The position numbers and the translations under genes are program-made. The notes under the pieces were generated by a model. The model worked only from the letters and a program-made list of their open reading frames with translations, ran no database searches and was not told where the DNA came from. This document shows positions 49,773 through 57,946 of a stretch of DNA of 64,000 bases, one piece after another. Position 1 is the stretch's first letter; each line of letters starts with the position of its first letter. Source of the stretch: Promethearchaeota archaeon (GTDB taxonomy: Archaea; Asgardarchaeota; Lokiarchaeia; Sigyniarchaeales; SOKP01); the NCBI GenBank assembly GCA_019057865.1, contig JAHLWP010000018.1:9052-73051 (forward strand). The letters run 5' to 3'.

Positions 49773-52700
49773 ATGGTAGAGAGTAATAATTCTGAAAAAC
49801 AAGTATTGGTAATAGGGGGTGGTGTAGCTGGGATTTCTGCTGCCCTAGACCTAGCAGATCAAGGTCATCTTGTCTATTTAGTTGAAAAAAGCCCCTCAAT
49901 TGGAGGGAAAATGGCTCAATTGGATAAAACTTTTCCGACTTTGGATTGTTCAATATGTATTTTAGCACCTAAAATGGTCGAATGTGCTCGTCACCCTCGA
50001 ATTGAACTTTTAACTTATTCAGAAGTGAAAAGAGTTGACCGAATTCGTAATGGATCTACCTTCAAGGTAAGAATTCTACTTAAACCTAGATATATTGATA
50101 GTTCAAAATGCACTTCATGTGGAACATGTGCGCAAAAATGCCCCTATAAAAATTTTCCCTCTGAATTTGAACAAGGGTTAAGTAAAAGAGGTGCTGCGTA
50201 TATTCCTTTCCTTCAAGCAGTTCCAGCTGTATATCTTATTGATTCAGAAAATTGTACTTACTTTAAAAATGGTACATGCAAGGTATGTGAAAAATTTTGT
50301 CCGGCCCACGCAGTAGATTTTGAACAAAAACCAAAAGAAATAGAAATTGAAGTCGCTTCCATTATAGTAGCCACTGGTTTTGATCTAATGGATGTTAGTT
50401 CCTTAGAGAGGTACGGATATGGAAAATATTCCAATGTAACTGTATCCTTGGAATATGAAAGAATTATGTGTGCATCAGGTCCAACTAAAGGCGAAATTTT
50501 ACGCCCTTCCGATAATAAACACCCCCACAAGATAGGATTTATTCTATGTGTTGGATCGAGAAATGTTAATTTAAAGCCTTATTGTTCTAAAATTTGTTGT
50601 ATGTATGCTACAAAAGAAGCAATTATGACGATGGAACACCATTCTGATGCAGAAATTTTGGTTTTTTATAATGATTTACGCACGATTGGAAAGAATCATA
50701 ATGAATTTATTGATAGAGCTAAATCAGATTATAAGGTTCAATATGTCAGAGGTTTACCTAATAAGATTTATGAAAATACAGAAACAAAAGATCTTATAAT
50801 AAGACATAAAGACTTTGACACAGGTGAAATTAAATTTGATACAGTAGATATGGTTGTTTTATTTCCAGCAGTTATACCTAGCAGAGGAGCAGAGGAATTT
50901 AATGATATATTAGGGGTCGAAATGGACGAATATGGTTTTATAAAGCCAGTATCATCAACAAATAATATTGAAACTAATATTCCTGGAATTTATGTATGTG
51001 GATGTGTTCATGGTCCAGAAGATATTTCAACCTCTGTTGCTGAGGCTAGCGGTGCTGCTAGTAAAGCAGCTTCTAGAACTTCAATAACTACTATAGATGA
51101 AATAAAAGAAGATATTGTTGAAAGAAAAGTATCTAAAAGCGATCCTCCTCGAATCGGTGTTTTTATCTGTCATTGTGGTTCTAATATTGCAGGCTTTGTG
51201 GATGTTAAAAAGGTAGCGGAAGAAATTAAAACTGTTCCTGATGTAGCTTATGTTGAAAGAAATTTATATACTTGTTCGGAAGAATCTCAGAATAGTATAA
51301 AGGCGGCAATTGAAAAATATGATTTAAATAGGGTTGTAATTGCTGCGTGTACTCCTAGAACCCATCTTCCATTATTTCAGGGCACTTGTCATGAAGTAGG
51401 TCTTAATCCATATTTAGTCCTATTTGCAAGTATTAGAGAATTAGTGAGTTGGGTTCACATGTCAGAACCTGAAAAAGCTACACAAAAAGCAAAGGAACAG
51501 ATTTTAATGTGTATCGCAAAATCTCGGCTTGTAGAACCATTACACGATATTGAAGTTAATGTATTACCTGCTTCATTAGTTATTGGAGGGGGAATTGCAG
51601 GCATGACTGCAGCATTGGCTATGGCAAAAAAAGGATTTAAAGTATACATCGTAGAGCGGAGTGAAAATCTTGGTGGATTCATTCGGAACTTAAATGAAAT
51701 TAATACTGAGGGAACCTCTTCAGAACAAGTACTAACTCCAATATTGCAAGCAATAAAGACAAATCCTAATATAGAAGTTTTCATATCCTCAACAATAAAA
51801 GCTGTAAATGGTTCAATTGGCAACTTTCTAATAGTTATTGAACAAAACAGTGAAGAAAAAGAAATTAAAACTGGCACTATTATTGTTGCTGTGGGAGGAA
51901 AAGAATTTAAACCAAATGGATATTACCATTATGAAGAATATGAAAATATCTTTACAAATTTAGAACTTGAAGGTTTAATTCGAAATGAGCAATTACAAGA
52001 TGGTGAATCTATTGCTTTTATTCAATGCGTTGGTTCCCGTGAAGAACAAGGAAGAACTTATTGTTCATTGACTTGTTGTGAAGAATCTATAAAAAATGCT
52101 TTAACTGTCAAGAAGCGGTATCCTAATTCTCAGATTTTCATATTTTATCGAGACATAAGAGTATCTTATAAAGAAGAGATTGAATATAGAAAAGCAAGAG
52201 AAAAAGGCATTAATTTTATACAATATAAACCGGAAAATCCCCCAATGTTGAAAAATAAGGATGACAAATTAATATTAAATGTGTCTGATGCTTTAACAAG
52301 AATGAAATTCGAATTATCTTTAGATAAAGTAGTGCTTGCTACTCCTTTAATAGCATGGGAAGAAAATAAAAAGCTATCTGAAATGTTAAAAGTCCCCCTT
52401 GATAAAAACGGTTTCTTTTTTGAAGCACATCCTAAATTAAGACCTGTTGATTTTGCTACGGATGGAATCTTCACATGTGGAACTGCTCAATGTCCTAAAA
52501 ATATAAAAGAATCTTTAAGTCAAGCTCTGGGCGCGGCATCTAGAGCTTTAATCCCCTTAATGAATAGTAAAGCATCGGTCGAGGGTGCTACATCAAGTTT
52601 ACCTGAATTTAATAAAAAATTATGTACAGGCTGTGAAGTCTGTCTAACTGTATGTCCTTATAATGCCATCTCTAAGAACGAATTAGATGAGATTGAAATA

Positions 52701-52844
52701 AATCAAGTTCTTTGTAAAGGCTGTGGAGTATGTGGGGCTACGTGTACTAATCAAGCTCTTGTAATAAAACATTTCACAAATGAGCAAATTATTTCTCAAA
52801 TCAATTCTTGTAAAGAAGAAAAACTGGTTGAACTAAAGTTATAA
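49773..52844 (+). CDS. hdrA: Large two-module HdrA (A+B fusion)
   Basis: DKTFPTLDCSIC, two FAD motifs, EAHPKLRP, C-terminal ferredoxin. Confidence 0.9.
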   Translation: MVESNNSEKQVLVIGGGVAGISAALDLADQGHLVYLVEKSPSIGGKMAQLDKTFPTLDCSICILAPKMVECARHPRIELLTYSEVKRVDRIRNGSTFKVRILLKPRYIDSSKCTSCGTCAQKCPYKNFPSEFEQGLSKRGAAYIPFLQAVPAVYLIDSENCTYFKNGTCKVCEKFCPAHAVDFEQKPKEIEIEVASIIVATGFDLMDVSSLERYGYGKYSNVTVSLEYERIMCASGPTKGEILRPSDNKHPHKIGFILCVGSRNVNLKPYCSKICCMYATKEAIMTMEHHSDAEILVFYNDLRTIGKNHNEFIDRAKSDYKVQYVRGLPNKIYENTETKDLIIRHKDFDTGEIKFDTVDMVVLFPAVIPSRGAEEFNDILGVEMDEYGFIKPVSSTNNIETNIPGIYVCGCVHGPEDISTSVAEASGAASKAASRTSITTIDEIKEDIVERKVSKSDPPRIGVFICHCGSNIAGFVDVKKVAEEIKTVPDVAYVERNLYTCSEESQNSIKAAIEKYDLNRVVIAACTPRTHLPLFQGTCHEVGLNPYLVLFASIRELVSWVHMSEPEKATQKAKEQILMCIAKSRLVEPLHDIEVNVLPASLVIGGGIAGMTAALAMAKKGFKVYIVERSENLGGFIRNLNEINTEGTSSEQVLTPILQAIKTNPNIEVFISSTIKAVNGSIGNFLIVIEQNSEEKEIKTGTIIVAVGGKEFKPNGYYHYEEYENIFTNLELEGLIRNEQLQDGESIAFIQCVGSREEQGRTYCSLTCCEESIKNALTVKKRYPNSQIFIFYRDIRVSYKEEIEYRKAREKGINFIQYKPENPPMLKNKDDKLILNVSDALTRMKFELSLDKVVLATPLIAWEENKKLSEMLKVPLDKNGFFFEAHPKLRPVDFATDGIFTCGTAQCPKNIKESLSQALGAASRALIPLMNSKASVEGATSSLPEFNKKLCTGCEVCLTVCPYNAISKNELDEIEINQVLCKGCGVCGATCTNQALVIKHFTNEQIISQINSCKEEKLVELKL

Positions 52845-53079
52845 GTTCTGGTAAGAGGAGATTTTACCTATATAAGTAGACATTAAAGGAAGGAAATAAG
52901 TAAAATTACTTTTAAAAAATTTTTATATCCTTTTATTTTGTGTTTGTTATTTGAAAAAAATCAATAATGAATCTAATTCAATAGATAGAGTCAATAATAC
53001 CTTCAAATATTCTTTTTCTCCATACTTGTTTTTAAAATAGACATCTAATACACCAGTAATCGTAAAAAAGACTCCAAGT

Positions 53080-53259
53080 CTAATTAATCTTGAAGAATTA
53101 GAAATCTCAGTCCATAATATACAAAGATTGCCGTTGTTCATAAAAAATCTTAAAAACCTTAAAATCTTGAGAGTTTACTCTTCAGAGAATCTGAAGAATA
53201 AAGAAAGACCAAAATGGTTAAAGGAGATGCCTAACTTAGTAAAAATTCAATTTTATTAA
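53080..53259 (+). pseudogene. Start-less 3' fragment of a leucine-rich-repeat gene
   Basis: Translates LINLEELEISVHNIQRLPLFIKNLKNLKILRV...MPNLVKIQFY*; upstream in-frame TAG at 53038. Confidence 0.6.
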
Positions 53260-53307
53260 CCATTAACAAGACTGAAATTATTTTAAAAGTTATAATGATA
53301 CAAGTAT

Positions 53308-53404
53308 AAAAAGAAAAGAAAAATAAAAAACTTGTTTAAAAAAATGGATTTTTGAATTGTACTTAGGAGATTGCCCTGTTAGAAACATCGGTGGATTACC
53401 TGCG
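53308..53404 (-). repeat. Actin 3'-end remnant 1: codons QVIHRCF* plus ~70 nt of actin 3'UTR/poly-T terminator
   Basis: 53379-53404 matches 54868-54893 with 3 synonymous changes; 53308-53378 aligns with 54796-54867. Confidence 0.9.
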
Positions 53405-53416
53405 TAATCCTCTAAA

Positions 53417-53518
53417 CTTAATACATCAGTAAAGAAATCAGAAATGCTAGCTAAAATTATAAGCTTTGGGAAAAGAAAATTTGAGAGATACAATAAAGCA
53501 TTAAAAAAAAGGAAATAG
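53417..53518 (+). pseudogene. 3'-end remnant of the FrhB-like gene (39084..40193)
   Basis: LNTSVKKSEMLAKIISFGKRKFERYNKALKKRK* vs LNTSVKKSEMLAKVISFGKRKFQRYKEALKER* (27/32 identical); followed by a T-rich terminator-like tract. Confidence 0.92.
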
Positions 53519-53972
53519 GTAAAATTATTTATTTTTTTATTTCTTCTTTTATTTCGTAAGATTCTGCTAGATGTGGTATTAATAATAAACAACAAGCTAA
53601 AAATAACTATAAATCTTTAATGCTTCTCGTCTAGCCGATCCCTTCAGGTAAGTCTGACTCTGATGTGCGAAATTATATCGATTTCATGGCAATGGATTAT
53701 TACTTCTCCCAATATCCAAGATTAGTAGTTTTCTTTTTTTGGATTATATTTTATTTATTTTTAAGAATTGGCTTTTTTTACGATTTCTTTGTTGTTTAAT
53801 TTTATTAATAGATTTTATTGATTTGAGAAAAAGCATTCGAATTTCGGCTTTTTTGACATGGTAAAGACGATATTTATCATCAATTTTTTGACTCATTTAA
53901 GAAAAAATAATCATGAGAAAAAAGAATAAAAAAATAAATGAAAAAATAAAAAACTTGAAGAGGTTTACCTCT

Positions 53973-54040
53973 TTAGAAACATCGGTGTATTACTTGTGGA
54001 CCCATTTCTTTGTATTCTCGCCTCGTGACCCACATACGAT
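53973..54040 (-). pseudogene. Actin 3'-end remnant 2 ([21 protein letters not shown])
   Basis: 21/21 aa identical to the actin C-terminus; 12 substitutions in 66 nt, all at third codon positions. Confidence 0.95.
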
Positions 54041-54041
54041 A

Positions 54042-54061
54042 TAATACAATCTAATACAATC
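54042..54061 (+). repeat. Tandem 10-mer TAATACAATC x2 at the remnant-2 junction
   Basis: Seen directly, starting 2 nt after actin homology ends. Confidence 0.75.
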
Positions 54062-54258
54062 TGAAATATGAGATAGAATTTATTGTTTTTTGTTGATATC
54101 TATTGAATTTTAACATAAATTGAATTAATGAGATAATAATTTTCATTCAATTCTATTTTTATTCAAGATTTTAAGAATAAAAAAGGAAAATAAAAAAAAT
54201 TAAATAAAGAGATAAAAGTAGAATCTAAAAATATATTAATTTATGGTTTTTTCATTAT

Positions 54259-54600
54259 TTATTTTGCAATATATTCGTCTGGATCGCCACCATCTTCGAG
54301 ATGTTCAATGAAATTTTTCAATCCATTTAAAATAGTTGTAAGAGAACGCTTTTTTATTTTTTCATGCTTTAAAATTTTATAATCAACCCAATACGATAAT
54401 TCTGTCATGTCGCCTTTCTCTTTTAATATATAGCCATATCCATTAAAATCAGGGTGGTTTACTTTCAATGAAAGACTTTCATTTTCTATTCGATCTGTAA
54501 TAGTGATATTCAATTTAGAAGCGAGAGTTATGTTTTCTAAAACCTCCCAAATTTTTTTTGGAGGAGCTCTAATTTCGATATTTGATTCAAACTTAGGCAT
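54259..54600 (-). CDS. SRPBCC/polyketide-cyclase (START-like) family protein, short and possibly internally deleted
   Basis: N-terminal IEIRAPPKKIWEVL and C-terminal helix LNGLKNFIE; only 113 aa. Confidence 0.65.
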   Translation of the reverse strand: MPKFESNIEIRAPPKKIWEVLENITLASKLNITITDRIENESLSLKVNHPDFNGYGYILKEKGDMTELSYWVDYKILKHEKIKKRSLTTILNGLKNFIEHLEDGGDPDEYIAK

Positions 54601-54795
54601 AAAATCACTTCATAAATTTTTGAACTATCTTAAGTCATTTTGATTTTTATACTTTTGCTCCAAATTTAAAAATTCATATAAAAATAGCTTTAAAAATGAT
54701 GCCTATAAGGAGCTTGGAAAGAAAATCTATCTCTTTACTTATAGTAATTTTTATTGTTCAGATACTAAAATTAAGAATTAAGATTTGAAGTCTTG

Positions 54796-54820
54796 AAAAA
54801 AAGAAAAGAAAAATAAAAAA
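54796..54820 (-). terminator. Poly-T terminator-like tract downstream of actin
   Basis: T-rich tract on the minus strand ~50-70 nt after the stop; retained in the remnant copy at 53308-53330. Confidence 0.55.
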
Positions 54821-54867
54821 CGGGTTAAAAAAATGGATTTTTGATTTACGTTGAGGAGATTTCCCCA

Positions 54868-56013
54868 TTAGAAGCATCGGTGAATTACTTGCGGTCCCAT
54901 CTCCTTATATTCGCGTCTGGTTACCCACATGCGATGGAAAGTTTTAAGTGACGAAAGAATGCTTCCACCAATCCAAACAGAATACATACGCTCTGGAGGT
55001 GCGATTATTTTGACGTCAACACTCTCAGGGATTTGTTCTTTGATTTCCTTAGTTAAACGCTCCTTAATCCCTGGGAACATAGTACTTCCACCAGAGAGAA
55101 CGATGTTGCTGTAAAGATCCCTTCTTAGGTCGACATCGCACTCGGAAATGGAGCCTACGATCACATCATCTAAAGGTTCGAGTTCTTTTCCGATTACACT
55201 TGGATTGAAGAGACACTCGGGTCCGAGAAAACGTTCCACGCCAACCATTATGGTCTCTCCATCAGGGAGCATGTAGCTTTTCTCCATTCCGGCGACCTTC
55301 TTACTCAACATCATTTCCTTTTCGGGATCTATCGCGACATAGCATAATTTCTCCTTGATATCTCTCACAATCTCCTTTTCGGCAGATGTCGTGAAAGAGT
55401 ATCCTTTCTGTCTAAGTAATCTTTGTAAATAATTGGTAATATCTCGACCAGCTAGATCAATTCTTTGGATAGCATGGCTTAAAGCAAAACCCTCGAAAAT
55501 TGGCACAACGTGGGAGACCCCATCACCAATATCTATAACGCATCCTGTGGTACGACCTGAAGCGTAGAGGGATAATACTGCTTGCATGGCTACATAAAGT
55601 GCTGGAGTGTTGAAAGTTTCAAACATAATTTCTGCCATTTTTTCCCGATTTGGTCTGGGATTTAAGGGGGCTTCGGTCAAAAGTATAGGGTGTTCACTAG
55701 GATCAATCCTGAGGTCTGTATAAAAGGTGTAATGCCAAATTTTTTCCATGGCTGTCCAGTCTTCTATAATACCATGCTCAACTGGAAACATTAATTTGAG
55801 GACACCTTTAAGTTGCATTGCTTCTTCTCCGATGTAATATTCCCTAGTATAATGTTCAACGTCTGTCATTATAGATTCATACTTTGGATAACCTATGAGG
55901 GTTGGAAAAACTGATCGAGGTTGATCTTCTCCGGCGAAGCCATTTTTTGAAATACCAGTACCATTATCAACCACAAGTGCCTTAGCGCTTAAAAAGCTTT
56001 CTTCTTCTGCCAT
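54868..56013 (-). CDS. Lokiactin (eukaryote-like actin)
   Basis: [78 protein letters not shown], terminal HRCF. Confidence 0.98.
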   Translation of the reverse strand: MAEEESFLSAKALVVDNGTGISKNGFAGEDQPRSVFPTLIGYPKYESIMTDVEHYTREYYIGEEAMQLKGVLKLMFPVEHGIIEDWTAMEKIWHYTFYTDLRIDPSEHPILLTEAPLNPRPNREKMAEIMFETFNTPALYVAMQAVLSLYASGRTTGCVIDIGDGVSHVVPIFEGFALSHAIQRIDLAGRDITNYLQRLLRQKGYSFTTSAEKEIVRDIKEKLCYVAIDPEKEMMLSKKVAGMEKSYMLPDGETIMVGVERFLGPECLFNPSVIGKELEPLDDVIVGSISECDVDLRRDLYSNIVLSGGSTMFPGIKERLTKEIKEQIPESVDVKIIAPPERMYSVWIGGSILSSLKTFHRMWVTRREYKEMGPQVIHRCF

Positions 56014-56488
56014 AATTCTTTTTCAGCCTATATTTTTAATTTTAATTTTTATAGATATTATTTCTAGATGTTTTTTTATATTGCTTAAGGTAATATTAAT
56101 TTTTATATTTTTATCAAATAATTGCTTTTTTTATAAACAATTAATGGGTAAAATAAAAAATTTAATAATCTAATAAATTTCATCTTTATAAATTTTTTTA
56201 ATACAGAAATAAAACGTACTATATACAAATAAGTTTTAAATAAAATATTTAAAAGTAACTAATATTTTGGATTTCTAAAAAAGCTTGTAATAGCTTGATT
56301 TTATATCTCTTCTATGTTTGCATTATAAAAAATTAGTGTAAAAATAAACGCGTATGATGAAATTGTTATAAAAAAATAGTAACTAGAAATATCTGTTATC
56401 ATATCAATAATATCGACAAAAAAACAAATAAAAAGAATTTAATCTAAAATTCATTAAATTATTTGTTAATCTCATCACTTAAAATTTT

Positions 56489-57946
56489 ATGACTTTAAAA
56501 ATGGAATTGAACCTTGATTATTTAGAAGAAAATATTGACCAAATAGGTATTAAAGAGGCATCCGCTTTACTAAAAGAATTGATTGTAAGTTCAAAAGATC
56601 CTCTATCTCGGCAAAAAGCTTTAAGAATCTTTGGTTCAATTGATAATAGCAAAAACTTCAAATTTTTTGAGCAGTTATTTCTTTCTGATGAAAATTTTAA
56701 TATTAGGCTAGAAACAGGATATGTTTTAAGGGATAAATATCTTAGACATAAAAAATTTGTACCTCTTTTAGAATTTACTTTAAATAAACTTGATAATGTG
56801 CAGCAGAGACTTCTTGCTGTAGAAATACTAAATCTAATAAATACAACAAATTCAAGAAAAATAATAATTGATTATCTAAAGAGATTGATAAAAACAGAGT
56901 TTAAAAGCAAATTTGAAAAATTTTTCAATAGAATATTAACAGATGAACTTGTAAATCCAATTCCAAGTACGATTATAGATACTTGTATTAATTTAATTCT
57001 ATACGATTATTACTCTAATAAATGTAGATACCATATTACAACGAGAGAAGGAAAAATTGTATCATTAAACTGTGAAGGATCCAATTTGAAAAAGATCTCA
57101 GAGATTCTAGAATTTAATAGATTAATATATTTAGAACATCTTTTACTCCAAAGAAATAAAATTAAAAATATTGAGGGTTTTGCACATTTAAATAGATTAA
57201 AGACTCTAAATCTTAGTAATAATCAGTTAGGAAGAATAGAAAACTTAGAAGTTTTAAAAGAAACTTTAGAAGAATTAGATTTATCAAATAATAAGATTGA
57301 AAAGATAGAAAATCTAGAGCCATTAAGAAATTTGAGGAAACTATCTTTAGAATCTAATTTGATTAAGGAAATTGAGGGTTTAGAGAATTTAGTAAATTTA
57401 GAAGAGTTAAACTTAAGTAGTAATAACATTGGAGTTATTAAGACTCTAAACTATTTGTTAAAATTAAGAAAGCTAAATCTCTCTTTCAATAAATTAGAGA
57501 AGATCTCAGGCTTAAATAAATTAAGAAATTTATTATGGTTATATTTAAATAACAATTTAATTAAATGTATTGAAAATCTTGATACTTTAAAAGATCTAAA
57601 GGGACTTTATCTCTCAAATAATTGTATTGAGACAATAAAAAATTTAACAAATTTAACAAATCTAAGAAAATTAGAATTATCAAATAATAGTATCCAGAGA
57701 ATTCAAGGATTAGAAAGCCTCAGAAAACTTCAAGAAATATTTTTAGATAAAAATAACATAAGTAAATTGGAAGGTTTAGACAATTTAGAGAATTTAATAA
57801 TTCTTTTTCTTGAAAATAATGAAATTTCAGAGTTTAGTAATGAGAGTATTGAGAATTTAAAGAATCTTAATTTTATATTCTTAAATGAAAATCCATTAAC
57901 GCCAAAAAGTTGGGAAATTTATAGGAAAAAGACTAAATATCCATAA
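56489..57946 (+). CDS. HEAT-like N-terminus + Sds22-type leucine-rich repeat protein
   Basis: About 12 22-residue LxxLxLxxNxIxxIExL repeats. Confidence 0.88.
   Translation: MTLKMELNLDYLEENIDQIGIKEASALLKELIVSSKDPLSRQKALRIFGSIDNSKNFKFFEQLFLSDENFNIRLETGYVLRDKYLRHKKFVPLLEFTLNKLDNVQQRLLAVEILNLINTTNSRKIIIDYLKRLIKTEFKSKFEKFFNRILTDELVNPIPSTIIDTCINLILYDYYSNKCRYHITTREGKIVSLNCEGSNLKKISEILEFNRLIYLEHLLLQRNKIKNIEGFAHLNRLKTLNLSNNQLGRIENLEVLKETLEELDLSNNKIEKIENLEPLRNLRKLSLESNLIKEIEGLENLVNLEELNLSSNNIGVIKTLNYLLKLRKLNLSFNKLEKISGLNKLRNLLWLYLNNNLIKCIENLDTLKDLKGLYLSNNCIETIKNLTNLTNLRKLELSNNSIQRIQGLESLRKLQEIFLDKNNISKLEGLDNLENLIILFLENNEISEFSNESIENLKNLNFIFLNENPLTPKSWEIYRKKTKYP

Noticed and set aside
28870-52844. Selenocysteine-containing HdrA/MvhD, as reported for some Lokiarchaeia and methanogens
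   Set aside because: All copies are uninterrupted ORFs with Cys at the relevant motifs (DCxxC, CNWC, CHxGDCHY); no in-frame TGA.
52855-52868. GAGGAGATTTTACC resembling the actin UTR GAGGAGATTTCCCC
   Set aside because: Not flanked by the actin stop or codons, nor by the A-rich block; too short to support a fourth copy.
53290-53595. 101-aa ORF in the track
   Set aside because: Shadow ORF: it is the antisense of the frhB remnant and an off-frame reading of actin remnant 1, with low-complexity F/L/N content.
52845-54867. IS element or prophage att sites
   Set aside because: No transposase or integrase ORF, terminal inverted repeats or identical att cores were seen; an integrase acting in trans cannot be excluded.
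53308-54933. Diversity-generating retroelement (TR/VR) or CRISPR-like array explanation for the actin repeats
   Set aside because: Substitutions are synonymous and not adenine-specific, there is no reverse transcriptase or cas gene, and repeat lengths and spacing are irregular.
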